Assembly: GCA_013265495.1 (NCBI GenBank)
Contig: MU058946.1
Span: 62,001 to 126,000, forward strand
Reading direction: 5' to 3'
DNA: 64,000 nt
Source: Vicugna vicugna
Lineage: Eukaryota
This document shows, piece by piece, positions 46,801 to 58,200 of this stretch (position 1 is the stretch's first letter; every line of letters begins with the position of its first letter). The notes under the pieces were generated by a model. It was given only the letters and a program-made list of their open reading frames with translations. It searched no databases and had not been told where the DNA came from. The position numbers were made by a program, and so were the translations under genes.

Positions 46801-49800
46801 GCAGTGACAAGGAAGCTCCACCCATGCCACCAAAGACTGCCCCGCTACTGCTGGCTCCCAAACCTCCCCAGGGAACCTGGGAGCGACTGGCAGGGGCCTC
46901 AAGGGAGTGCCCAGCACCCCGACTCAGGGCTGTGACCAGGGACGTACGTCCAGGCTGCTGGATTCGAAGAAGCAGGCCACGATGGCATCCTTATGTCCCC
47001 CCAGAGCATAGTAGATGAGGTTGTCCCAGCGCTCGGCCCCAAACACCCATGTGGACATGTCTTTGCTCCCGACTGCAAAGCACCTGGATGGAGGAAACAC
47101 AGCTCATCCTTGGAGCTGCAGCTGAGTGCAGCTGTCAACCTCCCTGTGTGGTCCCTGGACTTAAGGGAGATGCCAGGGTGACAGGAAGGGACTGGTCGGG
47201 TCTGTGCCCGCCCCGCTTGCATCTCCCCCGGCAGCTGGCCGCACCCATAAGAACTTCTCCCACGACCAGGAGCCTCAGCAGACACTGCCCCTCCTCGTAA
47301 AGCAGTCCCTGATAGAGGGGCAGCCCGGGGCAGCCCGAGAACCAAGCACCAAGCCTATCGGGGGCTCCGCCCCTCTCGCCTCCCTGGCGTGCCCCTGGTC
47401 CCAAGGAGCGACCCTTGACTCACGGCATAAAGAGAGCCAGACGTGTGACCGGGCACCGCCGCAAAAGAGGCAGGAAGGCTGGGCTGCGGGGCGCCGGCCC
47501 CCTACCTGCAGACCCAACCTCCAGGGGCACACCAGTGTCTCCCAGGAACAACTTCACATGGCTTGGGGGCTGTGGCCCCCACACTGTGGCCCAGAGCACG
47601 GGAGGACCGCTAGCCTGACGTACAAAGTGGCAGCCACCACCAGCCTCCCCTCCTCCTGCACAGAATGCAGGACGGCTGAGGAAACAGGGTCCTGGTCGAG
47701 GTCCCAAGTCTGCCTTCTGGTTCCCGGTGACAAACACAGGGCATGCCTGACTCAGACTCGGGAGCCCAGCCTGCGTTCAGCCCCACAGGAGGCTCAGGAG
47801 GCCATTTGGAAACAAACGAGGACGTGACGAGTCACCACGCCCCCTAATGAGACACTGTTTACAGGGCCCCGGAGCCCCAAGGCCTCACCGGGAGTCGTCT
47901 GTCCAGTCGATGCACGTGGTCTCATCATAGGGCCCAAAGTAGGTTTTGTCCAGGACGAACGCGTTGAACTCCCGCTTCCTCCCCGGGGCGTGGTACATCT
48001 GCGCGATGTTGCCTTTCGTGACCACAAATTTCCTGCAGAAACGGCGCCATCAGCATCCAATACCAGGGAGGGTCCTGAGACCAGCTCAGAGCCCCTGGGG
48101 GGACAGTTCTCTGCTCTGAGACCAATTCCTTACAAGGCAAACCTGGGGACCTGCCTCTCTCGGGCCCCGACTCCCCTCTTCTCTGGGTGGGCAGACCCAG
48201 CGGGAGCTCTGGGTCCAGCCGCCTGTGGCCGGCCCTGACCAGGCCCTGGCACAGACTCCCCGCCAGAGGCTGCAGCTGACAGCTCCCCGCTCCCCAGGCA
48301 TGCGCACGCGCTCACCTGCCATCAGGGGAGAAGGAGACGCTGTGCACGGCACCCTTGAAGTGGAAGTGGTGGAGCACGGACCTGCAGACCAGGCTGACCA
48401 GCAGCGCATCGCCCCCTGCGGGAAGGGTTAGGGTTAGCGTCAGGCTCTGCACTTCACCCCGGCAGCGCAAGCCTCAGGCCCCAGGAAAGCCTGCCCCGGC
48501 TTGTCCACGCCCCACACACCTGCCCTTGTCCCTGAGCCCACCAGGGTCCCAGGCACAGAAGCAACCAAGGGAGAGGACCACGTGGGCTGGAGTCAGCCTG
48601 ACACAGCCACTCTGTCCCCCAGTCACCAGCCCACGCCACCAGCTCCCGGCCAAAGGTGCTTACCTTCATCAACGATGATGGCGAGGCGGCCATCTGGGGA
48701 CAGCCCCACACACTTGACATTGTACCGAGTGGCCAGCGGCAGAGTGTCCGACTTGTTGCTGGGGGAGAGAGAGTAGGGCTGAGCAGCAGGTCTCTGTCGC
48801 CAGGAGGGGAGGTCGGGCCAGCCTTGGGCCGCCTGCCTGCCTGCCTGCCCACCCCTGCAGAACCCCGGGCTGGAGCTGTCAACAGCCCCTCCTGGAGAAA
48901 ATTTGGCAAAGCATGTTAAAAACCTTAAAAATGGGCTTTGAGCATATCAATTTTGCTTCAAGAACCCCATCCCAAGAGGACGCTGCAAACAGGAAGTCAG
49001 GAGACGGGAAACAAGCCCGCTGTCAACGGGGGAGTGAGCCACAGGGACAGAACACTGGGCCACACTTTGTGCAAAAACGGAAAAATGCACAGAAGTGGGA
49101 AAGTAAATAATGTTAAAGACAAACCGCCATTGGATTCCACCCTAATTTTGTCCCTTATTACGTCGTGTTCCAACTTTTCGGCTCCCACGGCCCAGGCATC
49201 CATCCCAAGACGTTTCAGCCAAGTGACGCATGTTTTCTACCTTAAAGGTAAAGTCAAAGACCTCGATACATGGGGTTTAGCTGAGGGACTAGAAGGAGGA
49301 AACTGAGACTCCTACAGCCAGTCCCACGACTGATCCATCGACACCACGTAAGTCCTGCAGCCCCTCTTGGGTGGCCCTGAGTAACAGTGTGCTGCTAAGA
49401 CAAAGGTGAGGAAAACACCACGTTTTCACCTGCAAACTATGATCCCTAGCATCAACGTCATTCTAATGTACTTACTTTTTTAGGTCAAATACGGTGACTC
49501 TATTTCCCACAGGACTAATAACTGAATTCCCATCACATGTAAAATTTAAGTTTCCACACCGATAGACTGTCCCCAGCAAATTTGAAAACTGAAAAGAAAA
49601 CAGAGCTCTCTTAATACAAAGAAAACACAACTCTAGGAAAGGGCTGCATGAGGCCCCTGGTAAGATGGCGCAGAGCACCCTGATCACTCCTGAAGTCTCT
49701 CCAGTCCTCCCACCCAGAAACTTCCTGGGCACCTGTCCGGCCCAGTCCTGAGCAAGAGAAAGGAAGGAGTGAGCGCAAACCCCGGGGGCCCCGAGCTCCC

Positions 49801-51202
49801 ACCAAGGTAGATCAGGGGCACCGTGGGCTCGGGGAAGTCTCCAGGCAGGAGGGGTCTGCCATGTGGAGAGGAGGACAGGACCTCGTGGCAGGAAGAGAAA
49901 AGCTGCAACAGCAGAACAGCCCCCACCTCACACGCACCCGGGGTTCAAGGCTTCCACAACAGGGTAACCTGCCGGCAGCCTGTCCGTCAACCATTCATTC
50001 CACCAGCAGCACTGAGCTGTGGCTGGACAGCACTCTGCACGTGGTCTCCCACCCCCATGTTCTAGTCCGGCAGGCAGGCCATGGCCATGGTCATTCGTGA
50101 TTAGGAATGACAGCGGGGCTGCGAAGTCAGCCGATCCCATAGGCGTGAGAGGAGAGGTAGTCAAAGGGGTGGCCAGGGAAGGACCCCCGGAGGGGCCACC
50201 TGAGCTGGAACTCAGATGACAAGGAGCATCTGGAGCTGTAGGCAGGCAGGGTCCTGGGAACTCCAGGCTCAGGGAAGAGCCTGTTCAGCTGGAAAAGCTT
50301 TAAGCAAAAGTGAACTGTAATCCGTTCCTATTTTTTGAAGGCCATGCTAGTGACCAAGGGAGCAAGTGGGGATGCAGGGAGCCAGTGAGGGCTCATGGCT
50401 TTCCGCACAGAAGGTGATGGTGTCAGGACCAGAGAGATGACCTGAGGGATGGGGAGCTGGGACGAAGGGCAGGCCGAGAGGAGCTGGACAGAGAGGGTTT
50501 GGGTCACAGGGAGGAGCAGTCTGAGAGGGAACACCAGCTTGGGTTTGGGGCAGCGGGCGTGGGATGGAGCTGCTGGAGGCCCGCGCTGTGGCCAGGGCCA
50601 GGCCAAGCCTGTAAGGAGCTGGGCCCTGACCGTTGGCGAAAGGCCGGAAGCGGCGGCCCGGAGGAGAAACAAGCTTCAGGGGAGTGGCAGCAGGAGGCGG
50701 GGCGCGCGAACGCCCGGGGCTCCAGACAGCGGGTGGCCCGCTGCGCCAAGGGTCCCGACACGTGGGCGAGATGCAGCAGCGCGTCCAGGGGGCTCGGCAC
50801 CCGTCTCCCCGCCCTCTGCCCCCGCGTCCTTCCCACGTCGCTCGCCGCGGCTCCGGGAACCGGGACTTCAGTCCAGGATGGCTTCCGCTGCCCTGCTCGG
50901 AGCTCAGCCAAACCCTCCCGCAGGGCTCCTACCTTCCCGCCCACATCCGCCATCTGCCGCTCGCCCCTGCGTCCCCGTCCACCGCGCTGCGGCCCCTCAC
51001 GACCCCAGGTCCGGCCCCCTCAGGTTGCTCCGGAGGGACCGGTGCTGCGGGACCTGGCCCGCCCAGGCGGCTCTCTGGCCCCCGAGGGAGCAGTCTCGGG
51101 CAGCGACACCACCCGCACCCCCGGACTAAGTTCCCTGCACCCTCCTCCTCACCCCGCGACTCCCCGACCGCGGGCGGCACTCACCCGGTACGCGAACTTC
51201 AT
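37696..51202 (-). CDS. PWP2: PWP2 periodic tryptophan protein 2 (WD40, SSU processome UTP-B subunit); 21 coding exons, 919 aa
   Basis: All 21 exons were traced with GT-AG boundaries and sum to 2760 nt. The product reads [22 protein letters not shown]...[33 protein letters not shown]..., matching recalled human PWP2. Confidence 0.99.
39018..39092 (-). CDS. PWP2: PWP2 exon 20
   Basis: [24 protein letters not shown]. Confidence 0.97.
39238..39388 (-). CDS. PWP2: PWP2 exon 19
   Basis: [49 protein letters not shown]. Confidence 0.97.
39620..39838 (-). CDS. PWP2: PWP2 exon 18
   Basis: [36 protein letters not shown]...[11 protein letters not shown]. Confidence 0.97.
40683..40748 (-). CDS. PWP2: PWP2 exon 17
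   Basis: [21 protein letters not shown]. Confidence 0.97.
41270..41378 (-). CDS. PWP2: PWP2 exon 16
   Basis: [36 protein letters not shown]. Confidence 0.97.
41689..41836 (-). CDS. PWP2: PWP2 exon 15
   Basis: [49 protein letters not shown]. Confidence 0.97.
42160..42710 (+). mobile_element. Old L1 fragment in PWP2 intron 14 (antisense to gene)
   Basis: GGATTCTTGGATGTGACACCAAGAGCACAAGCAGCAAAAGAAAA...CAGACATTTCTCCAAAG...CCATGTGACCCAGCAATGCCACT. Confidence 0.85.
42811..42991 (-). CDS. PWP2: PWP2 exon 14
   Basis: [59 protein letters not shown]. Confidence 0.97.
43672..43822 (-). CDS. PWP2: PWP2 exon 13
   Basis: [50 protein letters not shown]. Confidence 0.97.
44133..44280 (-). CDS. PWP2: PWP2 exon 12
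   Basis: [49 protein letters not shown]. Confidence 0.97.
44470..44618 (-). CDS. PWP2: PWP2 exon 11
   Basis: [49 protein letters not shown]. Confidence 0.97.
44973..45109 (-). CDS. PWP2: PWP2 exon 10
   Basis: [45 protein letters not shown]. Confidence 0.97.
45250..45275 (+). repeat. (GCCGAG)4 hexamer repeat in PWP2 intron 9
   Basis: GCCGAGGCCGAGGCCGAGGCCGAGGC. Confidence 0.9.
45471..45541 (-). CDS. PWP2: PWP2 exon 9
   Basis: [23 protein letters not shown]. Confidence 0.96.
46066..46209 (-). CDS. PWP2: PWP2 exon 8
   Basis: [47 protein letters not shown]. Confidence 0.97.
46518..46738 (-). CDS. PWP2: PWP2 exon 7
   Basis: [25 protein letters not shown]...acidic run...GKVKYSRLA. Confidence 0.97.
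46948..47083 (-). CDS. PWP2: PWP2 exon 6
   Basis: [45 protein letters not shown]. Confidence 0.97.
47889..48032 (-). CDS. PWP2: PWP2 exon 5
   Basis: [47 protein letters not shown]. Confidence 0.97.
48316..48415 (-). CDS. PWP2: PWP2 exon 4
   Basis: [32 protein letters not shown]. Confidence 0.97.
48664..48758 (-). CDS. PWP2: PWP2 exon 3
   Basis: [31 protein letters not shown]. Confidence 0.97.
49476..49588 (-). CDS. PWP2: PWP2 exon 2
   Basis: [37 protein letters not shown]. Confidence 0.97.
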
Positions 51203-51560
51203 CGCGGGAGCTGCACATGTGTTGCTTGCAGCCTCTGCGCCCCGCCCTCCGGCCCGCAGGAAACACTTCCGGGGCGAGAGCGCGGAGGCGCGCCACAGCG
51301 CCCCCCGCGGACGGGAGGAGCGGTGCCGCCGGAGGTGGGGAGGGGGGGCCCAACCTGCTAGTCCCGCCCCCAAAGCGTGGGTGCCCCGGCCGGCCCCGCC
51401 CTGAGGCGGAGTCCCAGCCAGCAGGCTCCGCCTCTGAGACGTGGGTTCCCGCCCTCCGGCCCCGCCCACCGCGGTCCCGGCTCGGATCCTCACCGCTAGG
51501 GGGGCTGGGGCTCCGCCCGTGGCTCCCACAAGCCGTTCAGGCACTACGGGGCATGAGAAG
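50560..51560. promoter_or_regulatory. CpG island / PWP2 promoter
   Basis: Dense CpG around exon 1; ETS/GABP motif CCGGAAGTG (minus, 51264-51272); GC boxes near 51390-51400. Confidence 0.85.
51185..51202 (-). CDS. PWP2: PWP2 exon 1
   Basis: ATG AAG TTC GCG TAC CGG / GTGAGT. Confidence 0.96.
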
Positions 51561-52254
51561 GTCCGACCCCATGCTTACTTGTTTAAAAGCTCTAGATTAT
51601 GAAATGGGGACCGAAAGGAGACTCTTAAATTGGAAATTGAACGTTTCCGAAGAAATTGTAAGAGCGATGACAAAGGCAGTTGCGTTGTCAAATTTGAGGA
51701 TGGCAACTATGTCTACCACCCGAAAACTGGAGGCTCAAAAGTCTTACCACTTGGGAGCTACTTCGCAGTAAGTTGTGAAAAAAAGCCCTAGTGCGCCCCC
51801 AAAAGTAAATAATCTATGCTTCGAGTCAGGAACAAGGATCGGGGAAAGAAAACAATTCTTTAACTTTACAGGCTCAATTTTCACACTCCACAGCAAAATG
51901 AAGTTCAGAACACCAAGTTTCTTCTTAAAATGTGTATTTTCAGAATTATAATGCTTACATTTTAAAGTCTTAATACAATGGTTTTAGTCTAACAATATAT
52001 TACAGAATAACGTGAAAAATGACTTTCATAGTAAACCATGAAAATGGAATTAATACCTGCAGTATCAAAGTCACCAACTTGTCACCTTTTCCAGCCACAG
52101 AATCCCAGCAAACGGTATTAACAATGCCTTCGGGTTTTATAGCCTGACATACAGGATGAATAAATTTAGAGAAAGGGGCATTTTCATGAAAAATCAGATT
52201 TTAAAACCACATAGGATTTATTTTAAAGATCACAGCTGACAATAAAACATTTAG

Positions 52255-54971
52255 CTCAGTCTAGTTTGATCTTTTATTTAAAAAAGTAGTATAAGTTTTC
52301 ATTGTATATACATACCTGGGGTGTTTAATTTCATTTTGTAACACAAACTTATTTTAAACACTAAAGAAAAGCTGAGTAGAAGCCTGTGTGTGTTTCTTCT
52401 CTGCTCTTACAGGGTGTCTAGCCTCATCAGCAGGGACTAACACAGGAATTTGGCCCACTACAATGGAACTGCAGGTAGAAGTCATTTTCAGATTAAATAC
52501 CACAATTTCCACATTAGAATCAGAAGAGTTATAATTTTTCCAATCACAGGAGGCCCCATGAAATTCACCAAAATTATAACTTTTCTTTTTCATTTGCTAG
52601 TATTTACATGTCCCACAGATATTTGTAAACTGGCTGCATATTCTGTTTTTTAGATGCACAGTCTGTATCTGGCTTCACAGTTACTTAACAGCTGCTACAC
52701 CTTTACCAGTAAAACCAGCTTGTCTCAAACCCGTAAGCCCTACTTTATTTTAAACACAACAAATCCAACTACAGCCTTTTAGTTTAAAAAAAAAAAAAAG
52801 AAATTTTAGATGACATTATTCACTGGTGTTAAAAAACAAAACAAAACAAAACAAACAAAAACCCCGAGGAGCCCATGTAATTTAAGATTGCAAAAGATCT
52901 TTTGGGTAATTAGGGGGAAAAAATCCAAACCTCTGATCATTTTGATTTCATTCAATTTCCAGACATAAGAAACCACCATAAACATTTTGGATTTCTCCTT
53001 CATTTTTTTCCCTTCTGAATAGGTATGTAGTTAAGAGAATTTCATCCCGGAATTGGAACCCAGCACAGAAGTCCAACAGAAATAGGGTAACCTAACCAGT
53101 GATCATGCCCCCCTTCCAGGTGAGCTAGGAAGCTCGTTATACGCGGAGGAGGGGCTCCGAGGCTCGATATGCGGTAGACGCTTTTCTGACAAATCTCAAA
53201 GGTCTCTTCACACATGGGGCGTGGCAGACCTGTAGGGCAATCGATTTTTACAATAAAGCCAATTTACTTTAGAAACCCTAAACTATCGTTAGATGCTGAA
53301 GTTCTAGTTTGCCTAACCAGCTGACCAAGTTTACTGGTTTTAAACTGCACATAAGGAAAGAACGTTTCTGAAAGGTTTAATGAGACGCACAAGTACTATC
53401 TTCTTTGTACACGTCTCCAGTTTCTACAAGTGAAGGACACGGAGGGGGATTCACCACCTTTATTCGTTAAATGAGCTAGGAGACCACATCAGAAGAGAAG
53501 ACTCCACTGCTGTGCTCTGCACCCATCTTGACCTGTGCCTTCTCACCGCCCACCACTGCAGGCAGGGATGGTGGCAGCTGCAGAAGGCTCCTTTTCTCTA
53601 AGGCTCACACACTTGAGGTTATTCACAGGACGCCCCATCCTCCACTCGACCTGACTACACTCACTCACTTAATCTGGTCAAGTTCAACTCCAACCACTCT
53701 TCCCCAGTGAATTAAGAGTTCTCTTTTTCATATGTACAAAAATACCTCGCTTTGGAGAGCTGGAAAAGGGTTAATACACACAACATTTATTTACAAGCTG
53801 TGACTTTCACACCAATAGAAACACACACATTTATTTTGTCCTTGATTTTTGGTGCAACTTATACATAAACATTACATCAGTTAGTTTGTACTTTTAAAAA
53901 TAATAAATCAACTTTATGTACAATTAAATTTACAACCTAAAGCAAGTTAATCCATTGGTATGACTGCGATTTAGCGGACAGCAGAGAGTAGTCCCAGACT
54001 TTCATCCTTCCTACAACCAGACTAGAAGTACACTGAGAGACCCCGAATCTTCATTTAAGTGGAACCTCTTAATTTCTGAGACTTAAGGTACAAAAGAAAA
54101 ATAGATTATACAGTTACAATTACATGTAAAGGCTTTAAAGGTGAGAGAAAAACAATGCAACGTATTAACCCCCACATATGTGATAATTAAATAAACACAC
54201 ATTTAATTCCAAGTGCATGTGATACCTAATCAACACGGTGAGGGTGGGAGAAAGGGTTCCAGAAACTTTTCTTCCTAAATTGTTCGATACCGCACTGTTT
54301 CTCATGCCCTGGCCCAGTTGTCCTACAGTACCTTTGAAATGGCTCCAGCTAATGGGTGCTCCAGGCCCACCCAGTCTGACCTCCAAGGCACAGAAGGGGT
54401 TTGTTCCCTCCCCACCACCACCCTCAGCCCCACCCACCCCAGCCCCACCCACCTGCCCAGAAGGGGTGTTATTGGAGAAAAGCACAACCAGATGACGTGG
54501 GGTAAAGAGCTGTGTGTTACCCCTGAGGAGACTTACAAACCCACCTGGTCCAGACACTGGGCCGCCGTGTGACACACACGGGTCACTAACGAGACAGCGA
54601 GGCCTGCTGTGTGCACACCTGACGCACACCTGGACTTCCGCCCAGAACCGGCAGACTGCCGGGGGGCGGGAGAGACCACTGGAAAGCGCTTCCACGAGCA
54701 GGGTGAGTGGTGTCAGAGTGGGGCGCTGGCAAACGCCGGAGGAAGCAGGGCACGGGGTCGGGAGCGGAGAAAACAGCGAGGACTCCACGCCACAGACAAC
54801 ACAAAAGAACGACGCGGCTCCGTGGGCCAGCCGAACACCGAACACTCTCTGCGGCCGCCATGCCGGGCAGGACCTGGAAGTCTGGGTAGAGCTAGAAGTC
54901 ACGGCAGACAGCTGCCGGCCGGGTCCCCTCAGGCGCACACATGCCAGCCTGGGGGTGCAGCCGGGGCGCGG
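52255..54971 (-). other. TRAPPC10: TRAPPC10 3' UTR (about 2.7 kb, AT-rich distal part) with probable distal poly(A) signal at 52273-52278
   Basis: Non-repeat AT-rich tract after the stop with several minus-strand AATAAA; the exact 3' end is inferred. Confidence 0.7.
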
Positions 54972-55210
54972 TCATGTGACACTGACTTCCAGAACATGGT
55001 CATCCTTGCTGGGGACGACCAGGACCTGCGTGCCCGCGCTGCAGTTGAAGACCTGGCCGGGGGGCAGCGCCTGCAGCCGGGGCATGGGCAAGCCCTTGTG
55101 CTCACTGCTGGCGGCTGAGTGCCCACTGCCCCTGCTCCTGATGCTGCTGCTGTCCAGCTGCTCGTCCACGTGCTTGTCCACTGACAGGCCGTCGTTTTCT
55201 ATCCAGCTGT
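54972..55210 (-). CDS. TRAPPC10: TRAPPC10 last exon (coding part)
   Basis: SWIENDGLSVDKHVDEQLDSSSIRSRGS...QVLVVPSKDDHVLEVSVT*. Confidence 0.97.
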
Positions 55211-58200
55211 CTGCAAAATGCACAGGGGGTGAGGCAGAGGCCATGCTGACCTCAACCCGCTCCCGACTCCCCTTCCCGGAACAGCAAGCTTCAGGGCACA
55301 GGGGTGTGAAGGGAATCTCGGGCCGGGGCCTTGGGGACTCGCTCTCCCAGTAGGTGGCGAGCCCCTGACTAGGTGTCTGCTGTCAGATCCCACGGGGCCA
55401 CCTTATCCCGCCTTGGGACGGACCACGCCCTTACCGGCATCCAGCTGTGAGGAGTGCGCAGAGTGATGGGGGAGGTACTTGAACAGCCTGACATCGGGGA
55501 GGGGGAGGTAGCCCGCGAAGAGGGGCATCACCTCCATGTGGACTCTGTGAGTGGCCCGAGCACACACGGGCATGGAGACGACGCCGGAGCTCTTCCCGCA
55601 CACGGCCCAGTTGCTGCTGTTGTCCACGACTAAAACAGAGAGAGCACGGCTGTCACCAGGAAGGGCCTTCAGCGCTCACACCAGAGCAGAGGCACCGACA
55701 GTCCCGAACACTGGCGCACAGACCGAGGCCTCAACGCCTTGTAACTGCGCCTTAAAATGAAACACACCTGGTCCAACAACTAAGATGTATGCTAGGAGCA
55801 TGAGGAAGACCACTGTCTTCCCAGGTTAGTAAGTGAACGGTAACTTAGTTCTGTTTTGAAAGCTCTGTGTGTAAAGAACCAAGGGCGTGGCCGCTCAGGC
55901 TGTCCCATCAGGGATGCGGATGGAGCAGGGTGTGGCTCGGCCGGCACCAACCCATGGGTCGGCCTCCCAGCTCTGCCCTCGCGGGAGCCCCGGCAGGATG
56001 GAAAGAAAAGACATCTGGCAAGCACTCAGTGCCTCCTCCAGTGCCTCAGAGAGTCTCACGCGCGGCAGTGTCTTCAACACTAATGATCTTGGTGGGTTCA
56101 GGGTGAGCCAGGGCACTAAAGGCTGTTGCGTCGGGCAGGTCTGCGTAACTCAGGAACCACGTTCCCTAGTGACCGAAGCATGGTGTCACGAGGCGGTGCC
56201 AGAGTAAAAGAGCCCCTCGAAATGCAAGACAGATCAAAGTACTTCATGGAGCTGAGCTCACACGTGTGATTCAAGGTTCCACGTGGTAACTAGCCTGTAA
56301 AAAGCCACCACCTGTCAGGTGTCGAGGGGTGTCAGAGAAAACCATCCAGTTATCTGAAGGTTGTCAGGTGCATCCTCCTTTCCCAGCCACGTATCTGTGC
56401 AGGACTGGACTCCCTCCATGCCTTCCCCCGGCTCGGGCTGTTACCGCAGCCTGGATGCACCAGGCGGGGACGCAGGCGCCTTCCCCCAGCCACACACGGC
56501 AGAGACGTGAGAAGATGTAGAACCACGTCATTCTTCTTGCTATGGTTTTGTGTTTTGGAAAACAGTTTTTTCCAGAGTAACATCATGTAGCAGGTTTCCT
56601 TTTTTTTTAAAACAAGTACACAAATATCTGCCTCCATATTTATTTCTGGCACACGAAAAGCCTGACAACTTCTGCTGAGGCAGCGAAGGCCCCCGAGAAG
56701 GGGGCTGCAGAGGGGGATCCGGCAGACCAGGGAGGGAGGACGAGCCGAAAAGGGGGGTGGCAGGAGGCTGGAGGGAAAAGGGCAAGAGCCTGACCACAGG
56801 ATGCCCGGATGGCTGAGCGATGGAGCCTGGACTCTGCTCACGGAGGACACGCAGACCCCACCTCACGGGCAGAGGACGGGCTCAGCCCCAAGCCCCTCGA
56901 CGGCGGGAACTCCTGCTAGGTGGCTCCACGGGGACTAGGCTCAACTTCCTGCGAGCCCAGGGCCATGATGTAGCACGCAGCATTCAAACGCTCTTTTAAT
57001 TCTAGAACGTCTCACCACAAGGGGAGAGCCACTTCCAGACCTACCTTCGTACATAAGCTTTGTCGAAAAATACTCCTCAGATTCTGTCAGCGCCTCATCC
57101 TTGTCCACCTCCAAGAGGTCGGCGAGCCGTGTGATGGTCACCTCCAAGGAGCAGAGGGCACCCGTCTTACAGAGCTCAGCCCCCGGTGGGGGCGAGATCT
57201 CAGCTGTCACACTGTACAGCGTCTGAAAGAAAGGAGGGCAGGTACAGAGCAGACACGCAGACACTCTGAAGAAACGCCACGCGAGGCCGCAGGGTCCTGC
57301 CTGCAGACCGGAGCGAGAGCCGCTGCTCCACGTGGGCCACGTATCAGCTGCGCCCCCGGACCAGCCCCCCGCACAGACCACGTTCTGGGAAAGCCCTGCC
57401 TCGAGAGCCTTCAGTCTCCCCCCGCGGGACCCGTCCAGGCCCCGCCAGCCCCGCGAGCCTGCCGCAGACTCAGGGTCACCACCACCCGCCGGGCCCCTCC
57501 CCCGCTGTGGGTCCTCCCTGTCCAAGCGCCTGGGCTATTTCAGGGCAGAGGCCAGCCTGCCTGCCAGCTCACCCCATGGCTGCAGAACGCGCTACTAAAC
57601 CACGGACACGTTCTCACCAGAGCACGGCATCAGCACCACAACATGAACACCAATTCCCTGGGCTCATCCAGTACCAAGTCCACAACCAGCCGCCTCTGCA
57701 GTGTCTCTGCCTCTGACCTGCTGACCTGGTATTCACACCTGTTCACCCGCACCCCATCCAGGACCAGAAAAGACCCAAGGTCTGCACGGGGAGACAGACA
57801 GCCCCGCTGGCAGCCCCACTTCTGAGGGTCAGCACGCCTCCTTTCAGGACACTGTCCAGGGCGCAGCTCAGCTTCTCTGGGGTATCGCTGCCTCACCAGC
57901 CGTTCTGTTTGACTGAGCGGCCTGCAGGGACCTTAAACTGACACTGGCCCCTCACACCAGTGCTCGTCCCAGACAGCAGCCCGCAGTCACAAGCAGATGG
58001 AAGTCCTTGATACAACTTCTCCCACATCCCTTGTGATTAACCGTCTCCCGGCCTCCCAGGGCCTTCCGCCTACGTGCCCCTCAGATGAGACTCCCGTGGG
58101 GCTGAATGAAACCCGCTCTGTGGTGCGAACTGACTGATCCAGGCATAGGAACCCCTGACGCTCCACAGACCCACTCAAAGGCACGTGGCCCAGGCCCTGC

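Noticed and set aside
50449-51544. Several 200-300 aa ORFs over the PWP2 promoter
   Set aside because: Arg/Pro/Gly/Ala-rich frames expected in a CpG island; only the 18-nt exon 1 is coding
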